Assembly (NCBI GenBank): GCA_030390025.1
Contig: CM059432.1
Span: forward strand, 91,762,001-91,826,000
Origin: Squalus acanthias
Lineage: Eukaryota
DNA length: 64,000 nucleotides
Direction of reading: 5' to 3'
In this document: positions 50,490-63,718 of the stretch, piece after piece
Position numbering within the stretch: position 1 is the stretch's first letter
Layout of the letters: each line of letters starts with the position of its first letter
Made by a program: the position numbers and the translations under genes
Notes under the pieces: generated by a model
What the model was told of the DNA's origin: nothing
Seen by the model: only the letters and a program-made list of their open reading frames with translations
Databases searched by the model: none

Positions 50490-52070
50490 GTGAAACCCAC
50501 TCTGCACTAGTTAAAATTGCAACCATCTTCGCCCAGAGGTGCCGAGCGGATGATCCATCTCGGCCTTCTCCTGAGGTCCCCACCATCACAGAAGCTAGTC
50601 TTCAGCCAATTCAATTCACTCAATGTGATGTCAAGAAATGGCTGAGCTGGATACAGCAAAGGCTATGGGCCCTGACAACATCCCGGCTGTTGTGTTGCAG
50701 ACTTGTGCTCCAGAACTAGTCATGCCTCTAGCCAAGCTGTTCCAGTACAGCTACAACACTGGCATCTACCCAACAATGTGGAAAATTGCCCAGCTATGTC
50801 CTGTCCACAAAAAGCAGGACAAATCCAACCCGACAATTACCGCCCCATCAGTCTACTCTCAATCATCAGCAAAGTGATGGAAGGTGTCGTCGACGGTGCT
50901 GTCAAGTGGCACTTACTCACCAGTAACCTGCTCACTGATGCTCAGTTTGGTTTTGCCAGGACCACTTGGCTCCAGACCTCATTACAGCCTTGGTCCAAAC
51001 ATGGGCAAAAGAGCTGAATTCCAGAGGTGAGTGGAGAGTGACTGCCCTTGACATCAAGGCAGCATTTGACCGAGTGTGGCATCAAGGAGCCCTAGTAAAA
51101 TTGAAGTCAATAGGAATTGGGGGGGGAAAACTCTCCACTGGCTGGAGTTATACCTAGCACAAAGGAAGATGGTTGTTAGTTGGAGGTCATTGAGGGTGGT
51201 GAACCTGTGGAACTCATTGCCACAGAGGGCAGTGTACGCCAGCTCATTAAATATATTTAAGAGGGAATTAGATATATTTCTACAGGCAAAAGGGGTTAAG
51301 GGTTACGGAGAGAAGGCGGGGATGGGATACTGAATTGGAGGATCAGCCATGATCTCATTGAATGGCGGAGCAGGCTCGAAGGGCCGGATGGCCTACTCCT
51401 GCTCCTATCTTCTATGTATCTATGTATCTCTGCCCCAGGACTTCGCTGCAGGAGTTCCTCAGGGCAGTGTCCTAGTCCCAACCATCTTCAGCTGCTTCAT
51501 CAATGACCACCTCTCCATCATAAGGTCAGAAGTGGGGATGTTCGCAGATGATTGCAGTGTTCAGGTAATGACGCATTCCGTGCCCACATGCAGCAAGACC
51601 TGGGCTTGGGCTGATAAGTGCAAGTAACATTCGTGCCACACAAGTGCCAAGCAATGACCATCTCCAACAAGACAGAGTCTAACCACAGCCCCTTGACATT
51701 CAATGGCATTACCTGTCACCAAATCCCTCACCATCAGCATCCTGGGGCTCACCAGTGACCAGAAACTTAACTGGGCTAGCCACATAAATACTGTGGCTAG
51801 AAGATCAGGTCAGAGACTGGGTGTTCTGTGGCGAGTGACTCACCTCTTGACTCCCAAAGCCTTTCCAGTATCTACAATGCACAAGTCAGGAGTGTGATGG
51901 AAACTCTCCACTTGCCTGGATGAGTGCAGCTCCAACAACACTCAAGAAGCTCATTTGATTGGCACCCCATCCACCACCTTAAATATTCACTCCCTCCACC
52001 ACCAGCGCACCGTGGCTGCAGTGTGTACCAGCTACAAGATGGACTGCAGCAACTCGCCAAGGCTGCTTCG
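50490..52070 (+). mobile_element. Single-ORF LINE RT fragment interrupted by a CR1 3' end (about 51190-51425)
   Basis: Matches 10560-11970 in reverse orientation; the insert carries RVVNLWNSLPQR and a CR1 tail. Confidence 0.9.
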
Positions 52071-52344
52071 TATGGGAAAATTAGGAAGGAATCTATCAAG
52101 ATAGGAGTGGATTAAAACTATTTCTTTTATATTTGGGAATTCTTAAAGGCAAGTTTGAAACACTGAAAAGTCAGGGCAAGCTAGGGTTATAATATGTGGC
52201 AAAGGAAGCCATGAATAACTAATTTACCTTTTTTGCTTACAACAATATGTATCGGATATATTTCTGAAGTGCTTCACAGATGTTCAAAGAAAGAGATAGC
52301 ATTAGATAGATAGCCTTATCAGCATCAAGCACTATTGCAACAGA

Positions 52345-53403
52345 TACATCAACAGGTTGAAGGTTTTGATACCAATCGACTGCAACAGGACATAGAAAGG
52401 CTAGCAGAATGGGCAGACAAGTGGCAGATGGAATTTAATACAGAGAAGTGTGAGGTGATGCATTTTGGCAGAAGGAACAGGGAGAGGCAATATACACTTA
52501 ATGGCACAGTTTTAAAGAGTGTGCAGGGACAGAGGGACCTGGGAGTTAATGTGCATAGGCCCCTGAAGGTGGCAAAGCATATGGGATCTTGGGCTTCATA
52601 AATAGAGGTATTGAGTACAAAAGTAGAGAGAAGATTTACCAGAATGGTTCCGGGGATGGGGGATCTTAGCTACAAGACAGGTCGGAGAAGCTGGATTTGT
52701 TTTCATTAGAACAAAGGAGGTTGAGGGGTGATTTGATAGAGGTGTACAAGATTATGACGGGTTTGGATAGGCTAGACGGGGAAAGGCTGTTCCCACTACT
52801 TGATGGTACAAGGACTAGGGGACACAGATTTAAGGTTTTTGGGCAAGAGATACAGGGGGGGATGTGAGGAAAAACTTTTTTACGCAGCGAGTGGTGATGA
52901 CCTGGAACTCGCTGCCGACTGAAGTGGTGGAAGCGGAGACACTCATTGTTTTTGAGGGGAGACTGGATAGGCACTTGAGGGAAATAAACTTGCAGGGCTA
53001 CGGGGATAGAGCGGGGGAATGGAACTGACTGGATTGCTCCACAGAGAGCTGGCACGGACTGGCGGCCTCCTGTGCCGTTATGACTCTGACAGCACCTCCC
53101 AAACCCGTGACCTCTACCACCTAGAAGGACAAGGGCAGCAGGGGCATGGAAACACCATCACCTCCAAATTCCCCTCCAGTTCACACACCATCCTGACTTG
53201 GAAGTATATCGCCGATCCTTCATCGTCGCTGGGTCAAAATCCAGGAACTCCTTCCCTAATAGCACTGTGGGAGTACCTTCACCACACGGACTGCAGCGTT
53301 TCAAGAAGGTGGTTCACCACCTCCTTCTCGAGGGCAATTAGGGATGGGCATTAAATGCTGGCCTTGCCAGTGACGCCCACATCCCATGAATGAATATTAA
53401 AAA
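52345..53403 (+). mobile_element. CR1 3' fragment followed by the single-ORF LINE 3' end (from about 53085)
   Basis: WADKWQMEFN motif; tail CCCATGAATGAATATTAAAAA. Confidence 0.9.
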
Positions 53404-54542
53404 AATCACTGGGTCTTAATTGCATCAAAGGATCCCGATTTACATATATTCATGAGCCTCCCACCTCTCTGCAGCAAGAGACTTGTCCACCCCGATACTG
53501 CCGTTAATATTGTGGCGGCTGGGAACACGGTGGGTTGGAAGTAGGATTGCTATTTCCGATATTTTAACCCCTTGTCCGACCCTTTCCTACCAGTCGGGTT
53601 AGGGGTTTAAAATTGAGACCATTGTGTCTGTAGACACATTGTTAACGTTTTGCCCCATTTTGCTCTTCTCTTCTCCATCTCGGATGGATTATTTCATAGA
53701 CTGCAATACTCCATCTGATAAAGCATTTTTATAGAATGATGCTTTTATTGTGATTTTTAGTCAAATAAATGAAGCTACAGCCACACAGTTACAGTGTGTA
53801 GCTGCAATAAACTGTAAATATGCTCTTCTCACATCTAACTGCTCTTAGATGGTCACTGTTCGCTAAGTGCAACATAGCACCAGTTATTTTGAAGCAATGT
53901 ACTGTCTTTGTTATTTATATATGATGATCTGACAGTTATAATGCTCCTGTCAATTTTACATCCTTGATTTTTTTTTAAAGCAATGTGCCTTCTCTGCACA
54001 GCTGTCAAGTCAGGAAACCACTCTGCACCAGCGTACCTAAACTCATGTATCGTTCTGCTTCCTTTGTCTGAAAACCATGAGATTTTAATGTTAAGAAAGG
54101 GCGGAATGTCTTGTTGGCTTTTTACTAACCTTAAAGGCTCTCCAGCAGTTTTAAAATGTTGAGTTTGTAGGGGTTACAGTTATGCTACAGACATTGTGAG
54201 ACCACTATTACATCCAGTGCCAAATCCCAAATTGATGTTGGTTTTCCGTTGTCATAGTGTACATTTTATATTGCTGTATAGCTAAAACCACTTCGCTGTA
54301 ATATCAAATGTGCAGCACAGCTGCCCTATTAGACTATACCTTCTTAGTGGACCAGTTAATTTTATAATAACCAACTGCAAAAAATAAATTGAGAGAAATA
54401 TATACTCTATAATCAAAGTACTTCAAGGCATGGGGAGAAAACTTGAGTTGGAGGATTAGTTAGTTTGAAGAGCTGTGTTTTTTAAATTTTGTTTTCATTT
54501 AAACGGATATGAAATACCATGAGCTTCCAGAAATAAAGACAA

Positions 54543-57505
54543 TGGCTCGAATTTTCTTTACCTAGGCAGGTCTGGTGTGGGCGGCCGCCATGGCAAGTCG
54601 CGAGCCCGTTGCTGGCTCCATCCCGCTCCACAGAACGACTTTGTTAACGGGGTCTATTAAGCCCGTCCTGCACATTACCAGGCCCAATTAAATGGTGTGG
54701 GTCTGGTGACGTCATTCATGATGCGTTTTCAGCTGGGATCTTTAAAGGGGCCATGGCCACATTGCATTTGAAGGTTAATGTAACATAGTGCTGTCAGTGC
54801 ACTACAGCATTGGAGTGCTGCAAACACTTTGACAATGATTGCACAGAGGCAGAGGGCTGCACCCAGGTTCTCCGATGACTCTTCCATGAGCACGCAGGGA
54901 GGTCCTCTTCCTTTCCAATGGGCGGAAGACCAAAACAGCCTGGTTGGAGATTGCAGAGGAGGTCACCAAGCAGGGATGTGGTCAGGAGGACCTGGGTGCA
55001 GTGCCGCAATCATTTCAATTATCTCATTAGATCAAGAAAAGTGAGTACAAAGCCACACTCAACTGCATCCTGCTGTGCCTCTCCTCACATCCCCATCACT
55101 CTACCTTCCCAACCCTACTCCTGCACATCCTTACTCACACCAACATAACTTGCATGTCCACCCATTTCTCCCTCTGTCTACATTATCACATCCCCATCTC
55201 ACTAGCCACCCCTCACACTCATCCTCGTGCAATCATACCAACTAACAACACATAAGGAGGTCACTTGGCTTTGGCATAGTCTCCCTCAAGATCTAACCCA
55301 TCCATTCCATCACTCTCACTCAACCTTCTCTTTCCCTTCTTGCAGGAAAAGAGAGCCCAAAATAAGAGGGAGAGAACTGGTGGTGGCCCTCCATCATTTG
55401 CAAACCTTACAACAGCAGAGGAGGCTACTTTAGAAATATCTGGAGTCACCGAGCAGTTGGAGGTGGGAGCCGGAGAGAGGGGGACATCTCAGCAACCTGG
55501 TGACAAAATTACATATCTTACAGCTAAATGGCATACATCAGTCACTCATATGGGGATTGATGTCAGCAGCCAGTGAATGGTCATCATGTGCATAATGGTA
55601 TCTGTACCCATTCTTCATATGACATATCTAACTCATCTCTTTACTCTCCCACAGGTCCATCAAGAGGCACCTCCACTGTCCAGGAGGAAGAGGAAGACGA
55701 CTCCTCAGCGGAGCCTCCAGACTCTGAGGGTGCACCGTCATCAGACATAAACGCACCCAGCACCAGTGCAGATACGCACACCTGGGTGGGTCCCACGCGA
55801 GATAGAGTAATGTTGTCACCTGGTGTCTCACAACTCACAAGTGAGCAAGAGCAAGAGATGGTGGAGACAGGGACAGCAGTGGAGAGTCCTTGCTGGAAGG
55901 TGCTTGATGCTCCTAGCTCTGCTCAGCTGCATGCAGATGCTGAACCTTGGGGGCCATCCAGAAAGAGGGCGAACGTGAAGGTGGAGGAAGAAGTGCAGGG
56001 AGCTCTGACAGGTTTTGCGAGCCCGATGTCTGCAAATGTTCAGAGAATGGAGGAGTCTATCTCCAACATGAGCAGCACCGTATCGCAGGTGATGGCCACT
56101 GTAGGCTCCTCCATGGATAGGATGGCCACCTACATGGAGCAGCTAATGCGCCACTCATAGGAGCACATGGTCTCTATGGAGAATAGATGGCTATCTATGG
56201 AGGATAGATGGCTATGTATGGAGAATAGATGACAGAGGCTCATACACCTCCCCTCTAAGAGGGATGTCAGCGTAGACGTGGGTCCTCATGGCCCCACTGA
56301 TGTGCAGCAAGGTGCTCTCCAGCTCCTTGGCAGCAGGAAAGTGAGCAGGCTGCCTCTACCTCTGCTGAAGCCACAGAGCTAGCACCTCGTGGAAGCATGT
56401 GGAAGAGAAAGATGACTCACGGGTAGCTTCACAAGGTAGACACTTGGGTGTTTTATCCAGTGTTTATGTAAAGTTTCTGTTAATGTGATGTCAAACATAA
56501 AAATCTTAATTTTCACCACTTTCCCATCTTGGACACATTTGTGTGAACCTTTGGAAGTGGGTTAGTGATTTGCAGTGAATGGTGAGACATATCGGTACCT
56601 CCAGCAATGGCGGTGAGTGTGAAAGGAATGGCTTGGTCATTGCAGGCATGCTTTATGGTGTTGGTGTGGGTTGGTGCCAACCTGGCGCATCATGTGGCAG
56701 CCATATGGGTGTACAGCGTCAAGTTAAGTAAGTCTGGCCATGATTAAGCCATCCCTGGTGTCCCGGGCAGCAATGTGCTCGGATGCTGATGCCCTATGTC
56801 ATGTTTACCATCAGGTGATTGCGGAGAAGGTTGGTGGTGTTGGGGCTCATCGTGGTCATAATTGGACCAAGGTAAGATAGTATAAACGGCACCCATGTTG
56901 ATGGAATAGATGGCAGGTGAAGTAGAGATGACAGATCAATCTGTCAATGGTGAGAGAGGTTCTTCCAGTGAGGTGACACTGGATGAAGACTTTGCTGTAA
57001 AGACTTGCAGCCTGCAGAATCTGTGCTGGGAATGCAGTCAGCAACAGCTTCTGCCTGAGGAAAGTGATCAGCTGTCGGGTGAGAGCTTTTAAACTACATT
57101 TGATGCTGTCAAGTAATCAGCTGGAGCAATGGCCACTCAACTCCCGCCTCAGGTTGACAGACATGGTTCCCGAACAGCGTGAATCCCATGGCCATGCAGG
57201 GAAATTTAAAATGTAGGGGGAAAAAGGCTCTTAACTGTCTGAAAACAAGGTTATAATGATTTCAATTAGGTCGCCCGCCTCTGCCGGTCGGGTTGTTGCC
57301 GCACCGGCAAATGTGCCCGAGGGAAAGGCGCATGGGGGTGGGATGACGGCGGGTTCCCGACCCGCTCCGATTTTTTTCAAATTTCCCACCCGACCCGCCT
57401 CCGTTCCCAGCTGCACGGACCCCAGAACATTCCGGGCAATAGAAGAAAGAGCATGTAGGGTGAGACTTTCTGGCCATTGGGTATGAATGGTCAGAAATCC
57501 AGCCC
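54543..57505. mobile_element. Internally deleted Harbinger in ZC2HC1A intron 1: Myb gene on + (exons about 54835-55040, 55346-55499, 55655-56160) and transposase remnants on -
   Basis: Ends GGCTCGAATTTTCT / AGAAATCCAGCCC. RTWVQCRNHFN..RK|GTGAGT; TTGCAG|EKRAQNKRERTGGG; CCACAG|GPS.. acidic exon. Confidence 0.88.
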
Positions 57506-58818
57506 AAAATGAATATTCCTCAAAACTGCTGTCTGGGAAGAAAAAAGCATTTCAGTGTGTCTCAACATCTATATTTGTTTAGTGATGGAATATTGCAGCT
57601 TTATACATACCTAACAAAAATCTTTTGACAGTCTTCAGAAAAAATGTTACTTCCTACACTTAAGCAGTTCAAAGCCATGCACAGTGGATGAGGCTGGTGT
57701 AACCTTCATCGCAGAGTCCAACACTACAGCATAGAGAGGGATGAGATGAGGCTGGATGTGCTGTGGCTTTGGAAAACGTTCATGCAAAATGAGCACTGTC
57801 ATTTCTGCTGCCTGTGGAAATCTCTTGACAGTCGTCATCAAAGTACTGTCGCTTGTAATTTCAAATGCAGTTGACTTGCTGATCTAGACTGCTTGAACAT
57901 GCATTAGCCAATGAAAATATCTTGCTTACCTGTTAGTAGTGTCCGCCACAGCTTCTCCAAGCCTTTCTGTGTTTACAGTAACCACGAGGGTCAGATTTTT
58001 GAGACGGTTGTCCTCATTAGAATTGCTTGTTCTGCCACCAAGTTGAAAAAAAATTGGTACAAAACCTGTTGCATGGGTTTGGACAAAAAGAATTCTAGAG
58101 AGCATAAACCAACACTGTATTACAGTTTTTATGTGATACTTCAAAGATTCGGTAACAATTTAAAAATTTCATATAAAGACTAGGAATCTAATCATGAAAA
58201 TAATCAAGTGTTCATAAAACGCAAGTAGGACTTTGTGTCGTACTGTAGTAAGATATATTAACATGGGTAAGCATGTGTACGTTGGGCTGGTAAGGGGATT
58301 GGAAATTACTTGTGCAGTTCAACATGAACTGCATGAAAAGAACCCACAAAAACTGGTACAAACAGTCAAAAATAATAGTTCAACAATAGGAAGTAAAAGA
58401 TAATTTTTTTTTAAACTAGCAACATTTTGTGAATCATTTGATAATTCAAAGCATAGTGAAGGAGGGTTATCTGGTTACCACATTCTAGCACTGCAATTGA
58501 CCACAAGCAGATTTATTAAAGTACAGATAGCAATCTCTGGATCTTTCATTAAGTTCACTTCAATTGTAAATCTGTTCATAAGCAAATGTTGCTCAATGGC
58601 TCACTAGGCTTTCTGATTTAAAGATAATAAAAGCACTAAAACTTTTAAGTTGATATTGATATCTTGGAAATCATAGATATCCAAGTGTGTGTTATTTGGT
58701 GGAAAGCCTTGACAACTGCTATCTAATACATCAAAGACTAATGGCTCATTTAATAGTGTACCTCTGGAAATGAGTAATCATTAATCTGTATTTTAATGTT
58801 GGCATTCTATTTGTGAAG

Positions 58819-58886
58819 GTGGAGCAGCTGAAGGTAATCTGACACCTTGCAGAATTTGTGGAAGAACTTTTTTGCCAGCAACACGG
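58819..58886 (+). CDS. ZC2HC1A: ZC2HC1A coding exon 2 (GGAAEGNLTPCRICGRTFLPATR)
   Basis: AG acceptor, GTAAGC donor; first half of the C2HC finger, PCxxCGRTF. Confidence 0.92.
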
Positions 58887-59834
58887 GTAAGCGTATGGTA
58901 TCAAATGAACTCTCGCCTCCTTCCCTACCCCCTCCACAATTACTGTATATTGGCCAGAGATGATTGATTTTTTTTTTTCAGGATTAAGAAATGGATGCCA
59001 TCATTAACAGTAGGGACATTCAAATCTTGAACTGGACCAGAACCATGTGATGCATAATTTTAAACCTATTTTGGGGAAAGTATTTCAAACAGGTTGAAAT
59101 TTTATATTTAAACAAGAAAAATCTAAATTGCTCGATTACAAATAATACAAAACAATTGAGTGAAAAATGTTATGCAATCAAATGGTGTTCATTTATATAA
59201 CTGCATTATTCTTCAGTATTGAACAGTAGTATATGCCTTTAATCCCGCAATGTAAATCTTCAGTTTATCGGGGAATGCAATGAAAGAAAAGGTGCTGTAG
59301 CAGTTTGTCTGTAATATGCCTACATAAATTGCAATGATCTGCTTAAAACTCACCTTTGATTGGCAGCAAGAGCTCTGGAGTTTTGCAGACTAAGCTGGTC
59401 CTGGTTTCAGGGAAGCCTGTAACTAGAATTAGTATTGTGCTCAAATAATTTTGGAGGCAGTGCAGAATAAATAATTAGCAGATTTGTACTGCATGTGCCT
59501 CATTTAGCTAATTCAGCCCACTGCCCATCTTGACTGCTGTGATTTTTTTTTTATAGTATTGAACTTTTTTTTTATCCAATCAGTCTAGGCTCAGGATACA
59601 AATTCACATTAGCAATTTTTGATTACCGAGCCTAGAATGCAATGTGGGAACAGCCTGGCATTACTTAGCTGTACAATATCGTTAGTGGAGTAAACAATGA
59701 ACCAGAATTAAAAAATTGAGATAGTGTAGCATTTAAAAAAAAAAAATTGGACCTCCTAAAGGTTTCACTTTCCAAACACCAATATAAATGAAGTGTGTGA
59801 GAGGCTGCAGTTTTGCAGCCGTAGACTATTCGGA

Positions 59835-60250
59835 GGATTCTGATAGGTTAGCACGCTGTCCTATCACCTTTGGCATCTGGGTTTGAATCCAGCCCAGGCT
59901 AATAGGATGAATTCTGCTGGCTGTCCTACACAAATGAGTTTGGGCAGACTCAATCCAACCCCAGTACACATGAGTCCACACCACAAAACTATCCTTTATT
60001 CAGTTCAGTTTAGTACTGAATTGCCATTTTCATTGAGAAGACCAAGGGAGGCTGGTGAAGGTAATGGAAAAGATTCACACTGATGCAAAAGCGGATATTT
60101 TCTGAGGTTGGGGTTAAGGCATATTATTGGGAAAGAGTAGAATTTTTGTTCTATATCTGTCTGTGCTTGATGCTCACTGGGTGATAAAATAGGAAATCAG
60201 TTCCATTATCAGCACTACCATCATTCACAGTGAACACACAAATTCACTAG
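59835..60250 (+). mobile_element. LF-SINE-like ancient tRNA-derived SINE relic
   Basis: B-box GGGTTTGAATCC followed by CAGCCCAGGCT..AGGATGAA..TCTGCTGGCTGT..AAATGAGTT..GTCCACACCACAAAAC..AAATTCAC, as I recall the LF-SINE consensus. Confidence 0.65.
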
Positions 60251-60937
60251 AAATAAATCTTATCAATAGGTGATTTAGGCAGTGTGGCCAATGAACTTAT
60301 CAGATGCCACATTCTGACCATTAAATATGAATTAGATCCAATATGGAGCTTGTTGAATGCATTCACAATGTCCAGAAACTAAAATAAAAACAGAAATTAC
60401 TCATGTCTGTCAAAATGTGAAAAGGAGTTATATATTAACATTTGGGTCTACCTCTTGTTAGTCTGTTTTTTGTTTAGAGATACTGATCTGTGCATTTCTA
60501 GCATTTTCTGTTTTTCTTTCAGATTTCCAGAATTTGTAGTTTTTCTCTTTATCTCTACTTAGAAAATGAGCTATATTAGACTGGTTTTGTTTGTATTCCA
60601 TCACAATGAACTTTAAAATCGACACAACAGATATCCAAAAGATAACAGTGCTATTATAGATAAGATTTTATGCAAGTATACAACAGAAGTTCGATGTGAG
60701 TAAGTCAACAAATATAGAAATCTGACCATGGAGACCAGTTGGGATTTCCTGTATTCCCCAGTATTCCTGGGTGATTCCACCCATCTGATTTTCCACCAAC
60801 AAGGAAATTGCTTGAACCATTCAATGCAGTGCAATTCTATGAGTTCCTATTTTGTAGACAAACTGTGATTTTTAAGTCAGATATGCTCTGCATTCTAACA
60901 CAGCTTTAAGGTTGCATTTTTAACATTTTGTTTGCAG

Positions 60938-61054
60938 TCAAAGCATGAACCCATCTGCCAAAAAAATGCTAACAAGAAAAGGAAGACCTTTGACTCCAGT
61001 AGGCAGAGGGCTGAAGGAACTGATATTCCTACCTTAAAACCTCTAAAGCCCAAG
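60938..61054 (+). CDS. ZC2HC1A: ZC2HC1A coding exon 3 (SKHEPICQKNANKKRKTFDSSRQRAEGTDIPTLKPLKPK); the gene continues beyond the window
   Basis: TTTGCAG acceptor, AAG|GTAGGT donor, 117 nt, phase 0-0. KKRKTFDSSRQRAEGTDIPT is characteristic of ZC2HC1A. Completes C-x2-C-x11-H-x3-C. Confidence 0.95.
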
Positions 61055-61959
61055 GTAGGTAAATAAAACTTTACAGGTATTTTCGATTGGTGTCCTTATT
61101 TTCAAAATGATAATTGTATGTACATTAAACCAGATAAGCCAAATATTCCAGGATTGGCTGTACCCCCTGCAGTGTTCCTTTTTCTCGCCCTCACCTGGGA
61201 TTGTGCCTATTTCGGGTGTCCGCTTGCACAGATTTCACTATTTTTAATACTTTGAAGAATAAGGTTCTGTATATACTCATGTATGGGACTAGAAATGTAA
61301 GTCATGATTGGGGTTGAAATTTGAGATTTTGTTATACTTCTCATTGTGGTGATACTGTAGCTCATTCTAGGGAGTGCACTCATCTGCTCCCAGCACTCCT
61401 GTCTACCCAGAGTCTCCAGCATTTCTCTCCTAGCTCCCGACTATGCATGGTGTGGCAGCGTGTTGAAGCAGTGGCATGTATTAAAATTAAATTTCCTCCT
61501 TTATGGAATAGTAGTGACTAGATTTTTAATAGTAGTCATAGATTTTTTGGGGGTTGCTTGGCTAGAAAATAGGGTGGTTTGCCTTATGCAGAAGGTATAT
61601 ATGGTATCCTTTTATGTTGAAGATTGCCATAGGCAAGCTCGGAGCTTTTTTTTGCTCAGTCTATATTATCCATGTTAGTCTTCGTTATTTTTCTGACAAT
61701 GTTATGTTTGAATTATGTATAATCATGTTTGACGTTTGCCTACATAACACTGCATGTTAAAAGATAATTCATTGTGTAAAGCATTTTGAACCACTCTTGT
61801 CATGAAAAGTGCTATTTAAATGTAAGTATATTATTAAGTTCCACTCACTTTCTGGAAACGACAGAAGAATATCAATACACTGTTCACTTAAAATGAGGTC
61901 GTATGCCCAGTTTCAAATTCCTCTAATTTTATATTTTGTAAAAGCCACTATAATATGTA

Positions 61960-62790
61960 TGCAGATGAGAGGTTTTGATCGAGTAAATAAGGAGAAACTG
62001 TTTCCACTGGCAGGAGGGCCGGTAACAAGAGGACACAGATTTAAGGTACAAAAGAACCAGGGGGAGATAAGGAAAAAGAAAAAATTCCTTAGCGAGTTGT
62101 TACAATCTGGAATGCACTGCCTAAAAGGTTGGCGGCAGCAGATTCAGTAATAACTTTCAAAAGGGAATTGGATAAATACTTGATGGGGAAAAATTTGCAG
62201 GGCTTTGGGAAAAGGGCAGGTGACTGGGACTAATTGGATAGCTCGTGCAGGGAGCCGGCACAGGCACAGAGGGCTGAATGGCCACCTTCTGTGCTGTATG
62301 ATTCCATGATTTATGCAAGTTACCTTTTCATAACTGTTTCAATACTTCTGTCTTTCGTGAAATTCTTCACAGATATTTTTGTGAAGTTAAGATCTAGAAT
62401 ATCAAAATAGCACCGTGAAGTCTTAAAATCTGTTATTTGCTGGAGAAAATGCAGATGTTAAGTGTTGTTTGATCCTCTGTTGGTGAAGGAGTTTAGGACA
62501 GGGGGACATAACGTTTATATCAGAGCCAGGCCATTCTAGAGAGAAGTTAGGAAACACTTCTTCACGCAAAGGGTGGTAGAAGTGTGGAACTCTCGCGCAA
62601 AGCAATAGATGCTAGCTCAAATAACTTTAAATCTGAGATCGATAGATTTTTTTGCTAGCCAAGGGTATTAAGGGATGTGGAGCAAAGGCAGGTGGATTGA
62701 CTTGGGATACAGATCAAACGTGATCTCATTGAATGGCGGAACAGGCGCAAGGGGCTTAATGGCCTCCCCCTGTTCCTATGTTCCTAATAG
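61960..62790 (+). mobile_element. Two CR1 3' fragments (about 61960-62315 and 62490-62790)
   Basis: RGFDRVNKEKLFPL..TRGHRFK motif; CR1 tails. Confidence 0.9.
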
Positions 62791-63287
62791 GTTTACCTAG
62801 GGTTTTGTCGTAATTCAGAAAATGCAGCAAGTGTAAAATCTTCTTTCTGCATTACTAACTCGTAGTATGGGTACAGTGGTGTAATGATTATTTTACTGGA
62901 CTAGTAATTGAGAAAATGTGAGTTTAAATCCCACCATGGCAGTTTGACAATTTGATTTCAGTTTAGAAAAAGTCATTGAAATTTGCTAAGGCTAATTGCA
63001 AAGATTATGGCCTCTCATGTTTTATTGTACTTATTACTTCAGTTTTAACACTGTAATAAACATTATTTGAAATTATTTTCACTTGGACCTCATTAAAACT
63101 TTTATGATCACATAAATAACCTTTGGGGTGAGTCCTAAGGAAGTACATTTTCTATTTTTTTGAACTACTTTTGCTACAATTAGAAATGCAAAAGAAATCA
63201 ATTTTAAAGCAATGTTTGTATCTAGACAAAAAGCAAGTTTGTAATGGCAATTCTAATGTGATACTTGGATAAATAAAAATGATGGTT

Positions 63288-63718
63288 GGGAGTACGGTAG
63301 CATAGTTGTTACTGGACTAGTAATCTAGAGGCCTGGACTAATGATCTGGAGATATGAGTTCAAATCCCACCACGGCAGCTGGGGAATTTAATTCAGTTAA
63401 TTAAATAAATCTGGAATAAAAAGCTAGTATCAGTAATGGTGACCATGAAACTATCGGATTGTCGTTAAAAACCCATCTGGTTCACTAATGTCCTTTAGGG
63501 AAGGAAATCTGCCGTCCTTACCCGGTTTGGGCCTATATGTGACTCCAGACCCACAGCAATGTGGTTGACTCTTAACTGCTCTCTGAAATGGCCTCGCAAG
63601 CCACTCAGTTGTATTCAAGAAGATGGCTCACCACCACTTTCTCGAGGGCAATTAGGTTAGGGATGGGCAATAAATGCTGGTCTTGCCGGTGACGCCTATA
63701 TCCCATGAATGAATAAAA
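63288..63718 (+). mobile_element. tRNA-headed SINE sharing its body and tail with the single-ORF LINE
   Basis: A-box-like GGTAGCATAG, B-box GAGTTCAAATCCC; the body matches 13125-13325 (minus) and the tail matches 10266-10370. A head-only copy lies at about 62869-62970. Confidence 0.88.

Noticed and set aside
63288..63375. tRNA gene
   Set aside because: A/B boxes are present but the spacing is extended and it runs into a SINE body. It is a SINE head, not a tRNA.
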